A stretch of 45,375 nucleotides of DNA from Verrucomicrobiota bacterium (GCA_039815375.1 JBCBZJ010000023.1:1-45375), one strand, 5' to 3'. Shown: positions 9,221 to 20,546, counted from the first letter of the stretch. Notes: generated by a model from the sequence alone, not told the origin. A program made the numbers and translations.

Positions 9221-11368
9221 TTAGTAACGGCCCCGGGTGGATGTTTCTAAAATTGAGTTGAGAACGTTCGGCGGCACTTCCTCGAAGCTTTCCGGCTCCA
9301 TACTGAAGGAGGCGCGACCCTTACTGAGGGAGCGAACGATAGTGGAGTAGCCGAACATCTCCTGCAGCGGGACGAGCGCGGAGATACTGACAAAGGCAGA
9401 CTTTGAGCTGATATTCCGGACCTGACCGCGGCGGCGATTGAGGTCGCCCATGATATCGCCCTGATAATCTTCCGGCGACTCGACTTCGACACTCATGACG
9501 GGCTCGAGCATGACAGCGCCTCCCTTCTCCATCGCATCGCGAAAGGCAAAAATACCTGCCATCTTGAAGGACATTTCGGAGGAATCAACGTCATGAAAGG
9601 AGCCGTCAAAAAGTGTGACCTTGAAATCGACAACCGGATAGCCTGCGAGCACACCGTTGTTGGCCGCTTCGCGGATGCCGTCGATAGTGGGTTTAATAAA
9701 TTCCTTCGGAATCGCACCGCCAACGATGGCATTTTCAATTTCAATGCCGGCTCCACGTTCGAGCGGTTCAACCTTGATGCGGGCATGGCCGTATTGCCCC
9801 TTGCCACCGGATTGGCGAACGAAACGCCCCTCGCCCTCGGTATTAATAGTAAAAGCCTCGCGATAGGCAATCTGTGGACGGCCGGCTTCAGCGCCGACCT
9901 TGAACTCGCGGAAGAGACGATCCTTGATGATCTCGAGGTGAAGCTCACCCATACCGGCAATAATAGTCTGGCCGGTTTCTTCATCGGAGCCCACAACGAA
10001 AGTCGGGTCTTCTTCTGAAAGGCGCTGCAGACCAGTCGCCATTTTCTCCTGATCAGCCGATGTCTTCGGCTCAATCGACATGGAAATCACCGGCTCAGGG
10101 AATGTCGGCGGCTCCAGCCGCACGTCGTAACCCTTGGTGCACAGCGTATCGCCAGTTACAACATCACGTGCGCCGACCAAGGCACAGATGTCACCGGAAT
10201 ACGCGGTATCGATATCCTCGCGCGCATCGGCCTTCATCACAAGCAGGCGGGAGATGCGCTCCGTCTTTCCGGTGCGCGGGTTGTAAAGTGCAGTGCCTTT
10301 GCTCAGGGAACCGGAATAAACGCGAAAAAATACGAGCTTTCCGACGTAGCCATCGTTCATCAGCTTGAAGGCAAGACCAGCGACTTTGGCATTGTCATCG
10401 GGCTTCACTTCAACTTCACCGCCTTTTTCGTTTTCCGCCTTCATCGGTGGAAGCTCAAGGGGCGAAGGCAGATAGTTCACAACCGACTCCAGCAGTAACT
10501 GCACACCCTTGTTTTTAAAAGCACTGCCGGGAAGGACGCCGCAGAACTCCAGCGAGTTGGTCGCGATGCGGATGGCCTTCCGAATATCATCCGCAGTCAA
10601 ATCCTGACCATCGAGATATTTCTCGGCCAATTCATCATCAAAATCGGCCAATGCTTCGATCAGCTTTTCATGATATTCATTCGCCTGATCGATGAGCTCA
10701 GACGGGATCTCCGTCTCTTCAAAAGTCATGCCCGAGTCGTCAGACAGGTCGTAAATGATCGCTTGCATCGAAGCGAGGTCGATCAGGCCCTTGAAATCTT
10801 CCTCGGCACCGATTGGCAGGCAGATCGGATGAGCATTTGCCCCGAGGCGCTCCTTCATGGACTCAATAGCTGCAAAGAAATCTGCACCTGTGCGGTCCAT
10901 CTTGTTTACGAAGGCGATACGCGGCACATGATACTTTGTCATTTGCCGCCAGACTGTTTCAGACTGGGGCTGCACACCGGCTACGGCACAGAAGACACCG
11001 ACTGCACCATCGAGAACCCGGAGCGAGCGCTCCACCTCAGCCGTAAAGTCGACGTGGCCGGGGGTATCAATGATGTTGATCTGGTTGGAAATTCCGGCGA
11101 ACGGACCATGCTGATTCGTCCAATTACAGGAAATTGCCGCTGATGTGATGGTGATACCGCGCTCGCGCTCCTGATCCATCCAATCGGTGACAGCACTACC
11201 TTCGTGCACTTCGCCCATCTTGTGGACGACACCTGCATAAAATAAGATTCTTTCCGTTGTGGTCGTCTTCCCTGCGTCGATATGCGCAGCTATGCCGATG
11301 TTACGTGTATGCTCGAGAGGGAACTTACGCTTCGGCGAGTTAACTGACGCTGTTGTGGTAGCGGACAT
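9221..11368 (-). CDS. fusA: Elongation factor G
   Basis: [26 protein letters not shown] G2 region, [30 protein letters not shown]; 715 aa. Confidence 0.98.
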   Translation of the reverse strand: MSATTTASVNSPKRKFPLEHTRNIGIAAHIDAGKTTTTERILFYAGVVHKMGEVHEGSAVTDWMDQERERGITITSAAISCNWTNQHGPFAGISNQINIIDTPGHVDFTAEVERSLRVLDGAVGVFCAVAGVQPQSETVWRQMTKYHVPRIAFVNKMDRTGADFFAAIESMKERLGANAHPICLPIGAEEDFKGLIDLASMQAIIYDLSDDSGMTFEETEIPSELIDQANEYHEKLIEALADFDDELAEKYLDGQDLTADDIRKAIRIATNSLEFCGVLPGSAFKNKGVQLLLESVVNYLPSPLELPPMKAENEKGGEVEVKPDDNAKVAGLAFKLMNDGYVGKLVFFRVYSGSLSKGTALYNPRTGKTERISRLLVMKADAREDIDTAYSGDICALVGARDVVTGDTLCTKGYDVRLEPPTFPEPVISMSIEPKTSADQEKMATGLQRLSEEDPTFVVGSDEETGQTIIAGMGELHLEIIKDRLFREFKVGAEAGRPQIAYREAFTINTEGEGRFVRQSGGKGQYGHARIKVEPLERGAGIEIENAIVGGAIPKEFIKPTIDGIREAANNGVLAGYPVVDFKVTLFDGSFHDVDSSEMSFKMAGIFAFRDAMEKGGAVMLEPVMSVEVESPEDYQGDIMGDLNRRRGQVRNISSKSAFVSISALVPLQEMFGYSTIVRSLSKGRASFSMEPESFEEVPPNVLNSILETSTRGRY

Positions 11369-11436
11369 AAAAAGGGAAGACTGGGAAAGAACAGGGGAGC
11401 GATCACGCCTCAGGCGCTTCGCGGGAAGGTAGGAAA

Positions 11437-11910
11437 CTACCAGCGCAAGTGTGCGAAAGCACGGTTGGCTTGCGCCATGCGGTGGGTCTCTTCCTTCTTC
11501 TTAACGACAGCGCCGGTGTTGTTGTAGGCATCGACGATCTCGTCAGCAAGTGCTTCGTCCATAGGAACACCCTTGCGGCTGCGGGCGGAATTGACCATCC
11601 AGCGGAATGCAAGGCTCTGCTGGCGCTCAAAAGAGATTTCAACCGGCACCTGATAGGTCGCACCACCAACACGACGGCTCTTCACCTCGAGTTTTGGACG
11701 TGCATTTTCAAGAGCACCCATCACCAGATCAACGGGATCCCCCTTACCGAGCTTTTCGCTGACCCGCTGGAAAGCCGTGTAGACAATTCGTTGTGCGACG
11801 GTGCGCTTGCCGCGCTCCATGATCATGTTCACCAGATTGGTGACGAGGGTGCTATTGTAGCGCGGGTCCGGAATGAGCGGACGTTTTACAGCTTGGCGGC
11901 GACGTGACAT
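11437..11910 (-). CDS. rpsG: 30S ribosomal protein S7
   Basis: Starts [10 protein letters not shown] at ATG 11910; [14 protein letters not shown] and [12 protein letters not shown]; 157 aa. Confidence 0.97.
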   Translation of the reverse strand: MSRRRQAVKRPLIPDPRYNSTLVTNLVNMIMERGKRTVAQRIVYTAFQRVSEKLGKGDPVDLVMGALENARPKLEVKSRRVGGATYQVPVEISFERQQSLAFRWMVNSARSRKGVPMDEALADEIVDAYNNTGAVVKKKEETHRMAQANRAFAHLRW

Positions 11911-11947
11911 CTTTAAAGAAGTTGAAAGAAAAAATTGGAAATTAAGT

Positions 11948-12322
11948 TTATTCCTTAGGCTTTTTAACGCCATACTTGGAACGGCTGCGGCGGCGCTTCT
12001 CAACACCAACACAGTCAAGGGTGCCACGAACAATGTGGTAACGAACACCGGGAAGGTCTTTCACACGACCACCACGCACCAGAACAATACTGTGCTCCTG
12101 AAGGTTGTGACCTTCATCAGGGATGTAAGCGATCACTTCGATGCCATTGGTCAAACGAACCTTGGCCACCTTACGAATAGCCGAGTTCGGCTTCTTCGGT
12201 GTGCGGGTCATGACCTGCACGCAGACGCCACGGCGAAACGGGTTCTTATCCAAAGCACGAGACTTGGACTTTTCCTTCTGGACGACGCGTGGGGCGCGGA
12301 CGAGTTGGTTAATTGTAGGCAT
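11948..12322 (-). CDS. rpsL: 30S ribosomal protein S12
   Basis: [37 protein letters not shown]. Confidence 0.98.
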   Translation of the reverse strand: MPTINQLVRAPRVVQKEKSKSRALDKNPFRRGVCVQVMTRTPKKPNSAIRKVAKVRLTNGIEVIAYIPDEGHNLQEHSIVLVRGGRVKDLPGVRYHIVRGTLDCVGVEKRRRSRSKYGVKKPKE

Positions 12323-12485
12323 TAAATTGAGTCGCTGGATTTAGAGAAAGACGGCGAAAGTAGCGTTTCGCTTTTTCTGTGCAAGGATTTTGTTAGACTT
12401 TTTTCAAGGCTCTGAGGGCGTTGAAATTGGGGCCTGCGAGCTCTTTTACCCCGGTTGGCGACAGGAAAGTAAACCACTTGCTAAA

Positions 12486-12501
12486 TGGCACGATTCTGGC
12501 A
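12486..12501 (+). promoter_or_regulatory. Candidate sigma54 (-24/-12) promoter upstream of nupC
   Basis: TGGCACGATTCTGGCA has GG and GC at the canonical 10-nt separation and one mismatch to TGGCAC-N5-TTGCW. Confidence 0.4.
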
Positions 12502-12512
12502 ACGCTGGCACC

Positions 12513-13724
12513 ATGTTCATCAGTTTGCTCGGCTATTTCAGCCTTATTGCGTTTGCCTGGGTTTGTTCCAGTTCTCGAAAAGACGTCAAATGGCGGACGA
12601 TAGGGGGAGCAATCGCGATTCAATTCATTTTCGGCTTCCTCGTGCTCTATGTTCCAGCCGGGCAGGTTGCCCTGCAGTGGCTCGCCGACCTCGTCTCGAC
12701 GATTATCGCCTATGGAGACGATGGCATCGGCTTTGTCTTCGGCAGCCTGATCGATCCTTCGCAGGGCTGGGGTTTCCTCTTCGCATTCAAAGTGCTTCCG
12801 GTCATTATCTTCTTCTCGTCGCTCGTTTCGGTGCTTTACTACATTCGAGTCATGCCGGTTGTCGTTCAACTTATCGGGGGCGGCATTCGTAAACTTCTTG
12901 GCACCAGCAGGGCAGAGTCACTTAGTGCCACCGCGAATATCTTCGTTGGCCAAACGGAAGCTCCACTTGCGATCAAACCGTATTTGGGCCGACTCACGCG
13001 TTCCGAGTTCTTCGCTATCATGGTCGGCGGTGTCGCCTCGATTGCGGGCGGTGTGCTCGCAGGCTACGCAGCCATGGGCATCGAAATCAAATTCCTGCTC
13101 GCCGCCTGCTTTATGGCAGCGCCTTCCGGGCTGCTCTTTGCCAAGCTCCTCCTTCCCGAAACCGAGGAGCCCGATAACCGGAAACTGGAAGCGAACGAAA
13201 CCGAGAAGCCGGCCAATGTTTTCGATGCGGCAGCAGTTGGTGCGACGGACGGGCTGAAGCTCGCACTGAACGTCGGTGCCATGCTGCTGGCATTCATTGG
13301 CCTGATTGCTTTAGTCAACGGCATCATTGGATGGGTCGGCGGTTTCTTTGGAGCGGAGGCCCTCACGCTTCAGTTGATCCTCGGCTGGCTCTTCAGCCCG
13401 ATTGCCTGGCTTTTAGGAGTTCCCTGGGAGCAGGCAACACTGGGTGGGTCCTTCATCGGCCAAAAGCTGGTGATCAATGAATTCGTTGCCTTTATCGAGC
13501 TCATACAAGTTCAGGAAACGCTTGGCACACGCACTCAGGCCATCATTACCTTCGCACTCTGCGGCTTCGCCAACTTTTCCTCCATCGCCATCCTGCTCGG
13601 AGGGCTTGGCAGTCTGGTGCCTGAGCGCAGACAGGAAATCGCGCAGCTTGGACTCAAGGCCGTCCTCGCCGGGACACTTGCCAATCTATCCAGCGCAGCC
13701 ATCGCCGGAATGTTGATCCAGTAG
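12513..13724 (+). CDS. nupC: NupC/CNT-family concentrative nucleoside transporter
   Basis: [61 protein letters not shown]. Start placed at ATG 12513. Confidence 0.9.
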   Translation: MFISLLGYFSLIAFAWVCSSSRKDVKWRTIGGAIAIQFIFGFLVLYVPAGQVALQWLADLVSTIIAYGDDGIGFVFGSLIDPSQGWGFLFAFKVLPVIIFFSSLVSVLYYIRVMPVVVQLIGGGIRKLLGTSRAESLSATANIFVGQTEAPLAIKPYLGRLTRSEFFAIMVGGVASIAGGVLAGYAAMGIEIKFLLAACFMAAPSGLLFAKLLLPETEEPDNRKLEANETEKPANVFDAAAVGATDGLKLALNVGAMLLAFIGLIALVNGIIGWVGGFFGAEALTLQLILGWLFSPIAWLLGVPWEQATLGGSFIGQKLVINEFVAFIELIQVQETLGTRTQAIITFALCGFANFSSIAILLGGLGSLVPERRQEIAQLGLKAVLAGTLANLSSAAIAGMLIQ

Positions 13725-13783
13725 CAACTGCTTTTTCTGAAATTAAGTTGCCAAGCCCGACCCGCCTGCGGTTCTGTAGCCGA

Positions 13784-14656
13784 ATGGAACTCATCGACGG
13801 CAACGCCATTGCAGAATCTATCATCGAAGAGCTGACTACCGAGGTTGCGCAGCTCCCCGGAAACAAGCCTGTGGTCGCATTTATCCGTGTTGGTGACGAT
13901 CCCGCATCAATCTCCTATGTTCGGAAAAAACAAAAAACCGCGGAGCGCATCGGCATTGAGAGCAGGCTGCATTTGCTGCCTGAAGAAGTCTCAAAAGACG
14001 AACTCTTTGCACAAATCGATACCCTGAATGCCGACCCCGATGTGAACGGCATCCTCGTCCAGGCTCCGCTCCCGAATCACATCGACGAAACCGCGACATT
14101 CAACCGTGTCGACCCGGCCAAAGATGTCGACGGTTTCAACACTCTGAGCATCGGCAAACTCTGTCAGGAAGATCCGAGTGGATTCGTCGCATGCACTCCG
14201 GCCGGTATCGTCGAACTGATTCAGCGCAGTGGTATCGAGACCGATGGCAAACACGTCGTCGTGCTTGGTCGCAGCCAGATCGTTGGCAAACCCGCTGCAC
14301 TTCTGATGATGCGAAAAGGTATACCCGGAAACGCTACCGTCACCGTCTGCCATTCACGCACACAGAATCTCGCTGAAATCACTCAGCAGGCCGATGTGCT
14401 CATCGCTGCGATCGGGCGCCCAAACTTCGTGACCGCCGACATGGTCAAGGACGGGGTTGCCGTCATCGATGTAGGTATAAACCGTGTTGAGGACGCCAGC
14501 AAGAAGCGCGGCTACCGTCTCGTCGGCGATGTCGAATTCGATGCCGTCGCATCTAAGGCTTCGCATATCACGCCCGTGCCGGGTGGCGTCGGCCCAATGA
14601 CCGTCGCCATGTTGATGTCCAACACAGTGCGCGCCTACAAGGCAACTCAGGCCTAG
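13784..14656 (+). CDS. folD: Bifunctional methylene-THF dehydrogenase/cyclohydrolase
   Basis: [56 protein letters not shown]. Confidence 0.96.
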   Translation: MELIDGNAIAESIIEELTTEVAQLPGNKPVVAFIRVGDDPASISYVRKKQKTAERIGIESRLHLLPEEVSKDELFAQIDTLNADPDVNGILVQAPLPNHIDETATFNRVDPAKDVDGFNTLSIGKLCQEDPSGFVACTPAGIVELIQRSGIETDGKHVVVLGRSQIVGKPAALLMMRKGIPGNATVTVCHSRTQNLAEITQQADVLIAAIGRPNFVTADMVKDGVAVIDVGINRVEDASKKRGYRLVGDVEFDAVASKASHITPVPGGVGPMTVAMLMSNTVRAYKATQA

Positions 14657-14657
14657 C

Positions 14658-15296
14658 ATGAACGAAAGCGAAAAGGCACCGCAACCGGAGGCACCGCCCC
14701 CGATCAAGCCGGACAACGTACTCGACTCCATTTTCAGTAAGAATGGACCCATGCCGACTGCGAAGTTCAGCCTCCGCGGCCTCGCCTTCCTACTTGACTG
14801 TATTCTAATGACGGCTGTTGCTTCGGTCATCATTTGGAAAGTCGCTCTGCCACAGTCGCACCCGGGAGCATTCTACGAACTCATGCAATGGTCGCAGGAA
14901 GTTGTTGGATGGCTTGGCAATCAAGAGCCGGGAAGCGAGCCACCGGCACCCAGTAAGAATCTGACCGAAGCGCTGGGTATAGCCAACGAGCTTCAGCTCT
15001 TATTCTTCTGGCTCTACTTCGCGATTGGCGAAGCCTTTTTTGCCGGCAGCTCACTCGGGAAACGCATCTGCCGCATCCGTAGTGTCAGTACCACTACACT
15101 GGGACCACCGCCCGTCCTTTCCGGCATCGTCCGCGGCGGACTGAAGACTATCACTCTATTCTGGCTATTCCCAATTGCCTTTATCGCTACCTTCATCGCC
15201 CTATTCTTCAATAAGCGACGCCAACTTGGGCACGACATTTGCGCGCGCACGGCGGTAGTTGACGAAAAATATGTCAATTTACAACTACCCCAATAA
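14658..15296 (+). CDS. RDD-family membrane protein
   Basis: R.LAFLLD, G.SLGKRICRIR, and C-terminal RQLGHDICARTAVV. Confidence 0.8.
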   Translation: MNESEKAPQPEAPPPIKPDNVLDSIFSKNGPMPTAKFSLRGLAFLLDCILMTAVASVIIWKVALPQSHPGAFYELMQWSQEVVGWLGNQEPGSEPPAPSKNLTEALGIANELQLLFFWLYFAIGEAFFAGSSLGKRICRIRSVSTTTLGPPPVLSGIVRGGLKTITLFWLFPIAFIATFIALFFNKRRQLGHDICARTAVVDEKYVNLQLPQ

Positions 15297-15387
15297 GCAC
15301 CTTGAATGCGCGTAATACTGTATTTTCTGTTTCCAATTTGCGAAGAGCTACACAGACTAATGAGCTTTTCGAACCAGTACCCCAAAT

Positions 15388-16500
15388 TTGAGCACGAAAA
15401 CAAAACCGAAGATTCTCGTCGTCGACGATCAGCCGATTAACATCAAGCTTCTTCAGCGCAAGCTTGAGCGGCAAGGTATGGACGTTTCGGTCGCCTATAA
15501 TGGTCGCGAGTGCCTCGACCTAGTGAGCGAAGTTCAGCCGGATTTGATCCTGCTCGATATCATGATGCCCGAGATGGATGGCATCGAAACCTGTCAGCAC
15601 CTGAAAGCGAATCCGGAAACCGAAACGATTCCGATTATCTTTATTACTGCCAAAGCATCGAAGGAAGGAAAACTTGAAGGCCTTGATGCCGGTGCTGTCG
15701 ACTACATCACCAAGCCCATCGATCTGGACGAGACACTCGCACGTGTGCGTACCCAGCTTCGCCTCCAGGAGATGTTCCGCGAGAATATCGAGCTGCAGGA
15801 ACGTCTCGGTGATGCGCGCAGGGCAGCAGCTGTCGGTGCTATCACACAAGGCATCGCCCACAACCTTAATAACCTGCTCGGCGTTGTCGTCGGTTACCTC
15901 GACCTGATAAAAAACGGCTACGACAGCCCTGATATGGTGAGGCGCTCCGTCAGCCTGATGGACCATGCAATCAACCGTATGGTTAATATTATCCGCCAAC
16001 TCGGCACCATTGCAAGCAACGAGCGCATAGAATTGACGACGCTGCCCGTCATCCAGCTTCTGGAAAACACGGTCGACCGCTTCAAGGTCGAATACAAAGT
16101 AAATGCCTTTGTTAGTATTGAGACCGAATTCGATGGTGAACCGACCATTTCTGCCAATGCCGAGACCTTCGAGATCGTCCTGGGCAAACTCCTGATCAAT
16201 GCCTGGGAAAGCTACAGCAAGGACACTGTCGACAAGGAACGGAAGATCATACTGGCTACTAAAATCACTCGTGAACGCGGACCTGCAATGCTGGAAATGA
16301 ATGTGGTCGATACCGGCGGAGGCATCTCCCCCGAAGTAAAGGACACCCTGTTTGAACCATTCATCACGACAAAAACATCCGTCGGTCGTGGTATGGGCCT
16401 CACCATTGCACGCCACACGGCACGCAATCTGGAGGGTGATGTGCAAGTCAAAGCGAACAAAGACGGCGGCGTGACCGCGACGCTCTCTCACCCGATCTAA
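15388..16500 (+). CDS. Hybrid receiver-histidine kinase protein (REC-HisKA-HATPase), TTG start
   Basis: ILVVDD, LLDIMMP, YITKP; H-box-like IAHNLNNLL; DTGGGI, LFEPFITTK, GRGMGL. Confidence 0.85.
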   Translation: MSTKTKPKILVVDDQPINIKLLQRKLERQGMDVSVAYNGRECLDLVSEVQPDLILLDIMMPEMDGIETCQHLKANPETETIPIIFITAKASKEGKLEGLDAGAVDYITKPIDLDETLARVRTQLRLQEMFRENIELQERLGDARRAAAVGAITQGIAHNLNNLLGVVVGYLDLIKNGYDSPDMVRRSVSLMDHAINRMVNIIRQLGTIASNERIELTTLPVIQLLENTVDRFKVEYKVNAFVSIETEFDGEPTISANAETFEIVLGKLLINAWESYSKDTVDKERKIILATKITRERGPAMLEMNVVDTGGGISPEVKDTLFEPFITTKTSVGRGMGLTIARHTARNLEGDVQVKANKDGGVTATLSHPI

Positions 16501-16507
16501 GCTTTCT

Positions 16508-17314
16508 ATGCCTGTCAAAATCGTCTTTATCGGCGCCGGGCGAATGGCGTCCGCAATCGTGCACGGCCTACTGGAGAAGGAGCATTACGCACCTGAAGAA
16601 ATTGCCTGCACTTGTGGCGAAGACCCGACTGGCCCAGCTCTGGCTGAGGCCACCGGCATCCTCTACTTTGTCGACATCACGAACGCACTCTACGAAACCG
16701 AAGCAGTGGTTCTCGCCTGCAAACCTCAACAGTTCGCTGCGATCGATCAGTCCTTGGCAGAGGCCGCCCATGGAAAATTGATCCTTTCCATTCTCGCCGG
16801 CACACCTCTTGCGCGACTTAGCGAGAAATTTGCAAGTGCGCGTAATGTGATCCGCACCATGCCGAATACGCCTGGCCAGATCGGTGCGGGTGTCACCGCG
16901 TTTACCCCGATTCGCGAACTCTCGGAAAAAGACCGCACAATTGTTGAAAACACGCTCAGCTCTCTGGGTAACTTTCACGAAGTCGAGGAAGCCGACCTTG
17001 ACGCAGTGACGGCTCTCAGTGGTAGCGGCCCCGCTTACGTTTTTGAATTTGCCGCTGCCCTGCGCGATGCTGGCATTAACGCCGGACTTCCAAGTGAACT
17101 GGCCGAATCGCTCAGCATCGACACTCTTCTCGGCGCAGCCATGCTGTTGGCCGAGAGCGAAGCCTCAGCAGAAGATCTACGCAGAGCTGTAACTTCACCC
17201 GGCGGCACAACGGCAGCGGCTCTACAGGTTCTGGAAGACTCAGGCTTCAAAGATCTTATCGATCAAGCGATCGTTGCGGCAAAAGCCCGATCAATTGAAC
17301 TGGCAACTGAATAA
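16508..17314 (+). CDS. proC: Pyrroline-5-carboxylate reductase
   Basis: FIGAGRMA, LACKPQ, RTMPNTP, ALSGSGPAY, VTSPGGTT. Confidence 0.96.
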   Translation: MPVKIVFIGAGRMASAIVHGLLEKEHYAPEEIACTCGEDPTGPALAEATGILYFVDITNALYETEAVVLACKPQQFAAIDQSLAEAAHGKLILSILAGTPLARLSEKFASARNVIRTMPNTPGQIGAGVTAFTPIRELSEKDRTIVENTLSSLGNFHEVEEADLDAVTALSGSGPAYVFEFAAALRDAGINAGLPSELAESLSIDTLLGAAMLLAESEASAEDLRRAVTSPGGTTAAALQVLEDSGFKDLIDQAIVAAKARSIELATE

Positions 17315-17342
17315 AAAACGCCTGCATCGAAGAAGCAGGCGT
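17313..17342 (-). terminator. Hairpin terminator between convergent proC and the lipoprotein gene
   Basis: ACGCCTGC...GCAGGCGT stem with a T6 tail on the minus strand. Confidence 0.7.
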
Positions 17343-17366
17343 CGTATTCAAAATTTAAATACAGGC

Positions 17367-18368
17367 TTATGGTGCGGAAGGCAGTGTCGAACCTCCTGGC
17401 GTTGCCGGCACAGCAGGTATCGCAGGAGCACCCCCGCCTATACCATGCCCCATCATCATAAGACCCATGAGCGGCATCATAGCGCCCTGCAGAGCTTGGT
17501 CGAACTGCTCTTGCGTCTCAGCTTCATCTATTTGAGTGAGCACACCATCGATCATTGTAAAGACACCCATAAGCTGCGGCTTCATCTGGGCAATTTGAGC
17601 AACATCAATATTCTCGAGCTGTGAACGCATCTCTGCAATTTTACCAACCCATTCATCGGCCATTTCCTTGGGCACCCAGGAGTTCTCGACTTTGATAAAG
17701 TCTTCAACCTGGACATCGCCATTGGGCATGACCATTTCAAGTTTTGCCATCGTGTCGGTGCCTTCGATGTAATTCACAACAGCCTCACGGAATGCGGAGA
17801 GCGGCGGTTGATCGGGATCCGGATTGATCTTGGAGAGAACGTCCATGTTCAGTAACATCGGGGAAACCGTTTCGTCAAAGAATGTCTTGCCATCGAAGTT
17901 CTTCAGAAGCTCGGTGCTGGAGATTGAACTGCTTGTGACGCTGTTAAACAATTCCATGATTGATGGCCATGCTTCACGCAGCTTAGCGATCTGTTCTTCA
18001 GGTGGCTTTGTGCCGAGACCTGCGTTGAATAGGAATTCCTTCTGCTTGTCCGCAACCTGGGAAACACGGCCAACGGTCGAGAAGACGCGGTCGTAAATTT
18101 CAGAATCGATTTTTTCACCTGCGAGCTGGGCGACTTGATTCACATCATCCTGATAGCTGGCGGGCATCGCCTGCCAAAGGACGGAGCCATTACCGCTGGC
18201 AACTTCGCGGACAATCGACTGGATCGCCGCAGCAGGCGTTTCAGGTATGTCGACTTCTTCGACAGCGGCTGGTAGGGCCTCATCCGAAGACTTTTTACCA
18301 CAAGCCGTAGAGATAAATACCGCAGCCATAAGCGGAAAGACGGCAAGTTGATAGAAATTGGATTTCAT
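17367..18368 (-). CDS. Hypothetical lipoprotein
   Basis: 333-aa ORF; signal peptide ending ISTA-C then GKKSS; no family recognised. Confidence 0.7.
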   Translation of the reverse strand: MKSNFYQLAVFPLMAAVFISTACGKKSSDEALPAAVEEVDIPETPAAAIQSIVREVASGNGSVLWQAMPASYQDDVNQVAQLAGEKIDSEIYDRVFSTVGRVSQVADKQKEFLFNAGLGTKPPEEQIAKLREAWPSIMELFNSVTSSSISSTELLKNFDGKTFFDETVSPMLLNMDVLSKINPDPDQPPLSAFREAVVNYIEGTDTMAKLEMVMPNGDVQVEDFIKVENSWVPKEMADEWVGKIAEMRSQLENIDVAQIAQMKPQLMGVFTMIDGVLTQIDEAETQEQFDQALQGAMMPLMGLMMMGHGIGGGAPAIPAVPATPGGSTLPSAP

Positions 18369-18394
18369 AAGTGATCTTGTAGGTTGAATTTCAG

Positions 18395-18431
18395 AAAAAG
18401 AAACGGCGCAACTTTCATTCAGTTGCGCCGT
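18395..18431 (-). terminator. Terminator after cysK
   Basis: 11-bp stem ACGGCGCAACT/AGTTGCGCCGT followed by TTCTTTTT on the minus strand. Confidence 0.75.
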
Positions 18432-18442
18432 GTCAAAGTGAG

Positions 18443-19402
18443 CTAGCTCGCGGTAGCGGCCATCATTTCCTCGCGGGCTTTTTCAGCCAAAGGCGTGCTA
18501 AGATAACGTTCACCGAAGCTGCAGCCAATGGTCACGATAGTCTTACCGGACATCTCCGGGCGCTTGGCCAGCTCCATCGCAGCCCAAACGTTGGCGCCGG
18601 TGGAGATACCTCCCAGTATACCGTCCTTTTCCGAAAGCGCCTGAGCAGTTGCGAAAGCGTTCTCGTTTGAAACTTTGATTACTTCGTCGATAATATCGGT
18701 ATTGCAATTCTTTGGAATAAAGCCCGCACCGATACCCTGAATCTTGTGTGGGCCCGGATCGCCGCCTGAGATGACGGGGCTGGCTTCAGGTTCTACCGCA
18801 ACAGTCAAGAGGTCCTTGCGGGACTTAATCACTTCAGATACGCCAGTAATCGTTCCGCCTGTGCCAACACCGGCGACGAAAGCATCGATGCCACCATCGG
18901 TTGCCCCCCATATTTCCTCGGCAGTAGTCTGACGGTGAATCTCAGGATTGGCCGGATTTTCAAATTGCTGCGGCATAAAAGCATTTTCGCCGTATTCTTC
19001 AACCAGCTCACCAGCCCGGGCAATCGCTCCGGGCATACCCTTGGGGCCTGGTGTAAGGACGATTTCCGCACCAAGCATACGAAGGAGCACACGGCGCTCA
19101 ACCGACATCGTTTCCGGCATGGTCAGAATCAGTTTGTAACCCTTGGCAGCACAGACAAATGCAAGCGCTATGCCGGTGTTACCCGAGGTTGGTTCGATAA
19201 CGATGCTATTGGGCCCGAGCTTACCATCACGCTCGGCTGCCTCAATCATGGCGCGACCGATCCGGTCTTTAACACTCGCGAGCGGATTGAAGAACTCGCA
19301 CTTCAAGTAGATGTTCGCATCAATGTCAGCAGCCGTGTGGTTAATTCTAACCAACGGTGTATTGCCAACGGTATCGGTTACGGAGTTGTATAGTTTAGTC
19401 AT
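18443..19402 (-). CDS. cysK: Cysteine synthase A
   Basis: GNTPLV, SVKDRI (PLP Lys), [29 protein letters not shown]. Start placed at ATG 19402. Confidence 0.96.
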   Translation of the reverse strand: MTKLYNSVTDTVGNTPLVRINHTAADIDANIYLKCEFFNPLASVKDRIGRAMIEAAERDGKLGPNSIVIEPTSGNTGIALAFVCAAKGYKLILTMPETMSVERRVLLRMLGAEIVLTPGPKGMPGAIARAGELVEEYGENAFMPQQFENPANPEIHRQTTAEEIWGATDGGIDAFVAGVGTGGTITGVSEVIKSRKDLLTVAVEPEASPVISGGDPGPHKIQGIGAGFIPKNCNTDIIDEVIKVSNENAFATAQALSEKDGILGGISTGANVWAAMELAKRPEMSGKTIVTIGCSFGERYLSTPLAEKAREEMMAATAS

Positions 19403-19497
19403 AGTGTTGAGAGATGTGGGCAATCTGGACAATGGAGCACATACTTATTCTTACTCGAAGCAAGCAAAGTTCAGAGATTTCGAAAAATGCCTGGGCA

Positions 19498-19520
19498 CAA
19501 AAAAAGCACCCTTGGGGTGC
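19498..19520 (-). terminator. Terminator after infA
   Basis: Minus strand reads GGCACCCCAAGGGTGC-TTTTTTT. Confidence 0.7.
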
Positions 19521-19544
19521 CGCAATTCATGTCTGTAACAACAG

Positions 19545-19826
19545 CTATCGCTTTCTCGGGCCGTAACTGCGCTTTGGCGCATTGCGTTGAACCGCAGCAT
19601 TGCGCAGGCGGTAAACAATCCGTGCTTTATCGAGGTCATACGGGCTCATCTCCATCTTAACCGTGTCACCGACAGTGATCTTGATAAAATGCTTGCGGAG
19701 TTTACCGGAGATGTGCGCGAGGACTTGATGGCCGTTAGCCAGTTCCACACGGAACATGGTGCCGGGGAGGACGGCCACGATTTTGCCTTCGACTTCTACG
19801 TATTCTTCGCTTTGTGCTTTTGCCAT
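19545..19826 (-). CDS. infA: Translation initiation factor IF-1
   Basis: [36 protein letters not shown]...RIVYR. Start placed at ATG 19826. Confidence 0.95.
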   Translation of the reverse strand: MAKAQSEEYVEVEGKIVAVLPGTMFRVELANGHQVLAHISGKLRKHFIKITVGDTVKMEMSPYDLDKARIVYRLRNAAVQRNAPKRSYGPRKR

Positions 19827-19906
19827 ATATGATAGAGAAAGCGGCGAGAGAAGCGGTTTGGAAACGAATGTCAAGGTCGCACTCTCACCCGACTCCGACC
19901 AAAACA

Positions 19907-20461
19907 ATGCCGAATGAAAAGACCAGAGACTGCCCTTTCGAAAAGATCTACCCTTCAGAACTGAAGCGTGATGCCGAATACTTCATGAGCCTTGCATACA
20001 ATGAGGCTATCGAAGCGTGGCGGAAAGACGAGGTCCCGATCGGGGCAGTAATCGAGCACAAGGGACGGGTCATCGCTTCGGCCCACAACCAGTCTCGGTT
20101 GACCAATGACCCGACCGCGCATGCCGAGATTCTGGCGATCTCGCAAGCAGCAAACTCACTCGGTGATTGGCGACTGAACGAATGCACAATGTATGTCACA
20201 AAGGAGCCCTGCCCCATGTGCTCGGGGGCACTCGTCATCTCCCGTATCGGTAAAGTGTTCTACGGACTGCCCGACGAAAAGATGGGCTGTGTTGGTGGAG
20301 CTGTCGACTTGGGTGCACTGCCCCGGAGCAACCATCACTTCGAATCAGTCGGCGGTGTGCTGCAGGAAATAAATCACGCCCTGCTCAAGGCCTTCTTCGA
20401 GGAGAAGCGCAAAATTAATGCGAAGGGTAAACTGGGTGCACAGAATGAACTTGGCGAATAA
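19907..20461 (+). CDS. tadA: tRNA adenosine(34) deaminase
   Basis: [25 protein letters not shown]. Start placed at ATG 19907. Confidence 0.9.
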   Translation: MPNEKTRDCPFEKIYPSELKRDAEYFMSLAYNEAIEAWRKDEVPIGAVIEHKGRVIASAHNQSRLTNDPTAHAEILAISQAANSLGDWRLNECTMYVTKEPCPMCSGALVISRIGKVFYGLPDEKMGCVGGAVDLGALPRSNHHFESVGGVLQEINHALLKAFFEEKRKINAKGKLGAQNELGE

Positions 20462-20474
20462 TTGATCCGCCATT

Positions 20475-20503
20475 TGACATGGAGCGACAAGCCAATCACG
20501 ATT
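20475..20503 (+). promoter_or_regulatory. Candidate sigma70-type promoter of sodA
   Basis: TTGACA, 17-nt spacer, CACGAT. Confidence 0.55.
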
Positions 20504-20546
20504 TTGCCTCATTTCACCAACCACATAACAAACATATCCAAATAAA

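Noticed and set aside
12390..12512. Longer upstream starts in the ORF track (nupC, rpsG, folD, infA, tadA, cysK, sigma54 regulator, aguA, response regulators)
   Set aside because: The extensions overlap neighbouring genes or promoter-like sequence and precede the family-typical N-termini, so downstream ATGs were chosen.
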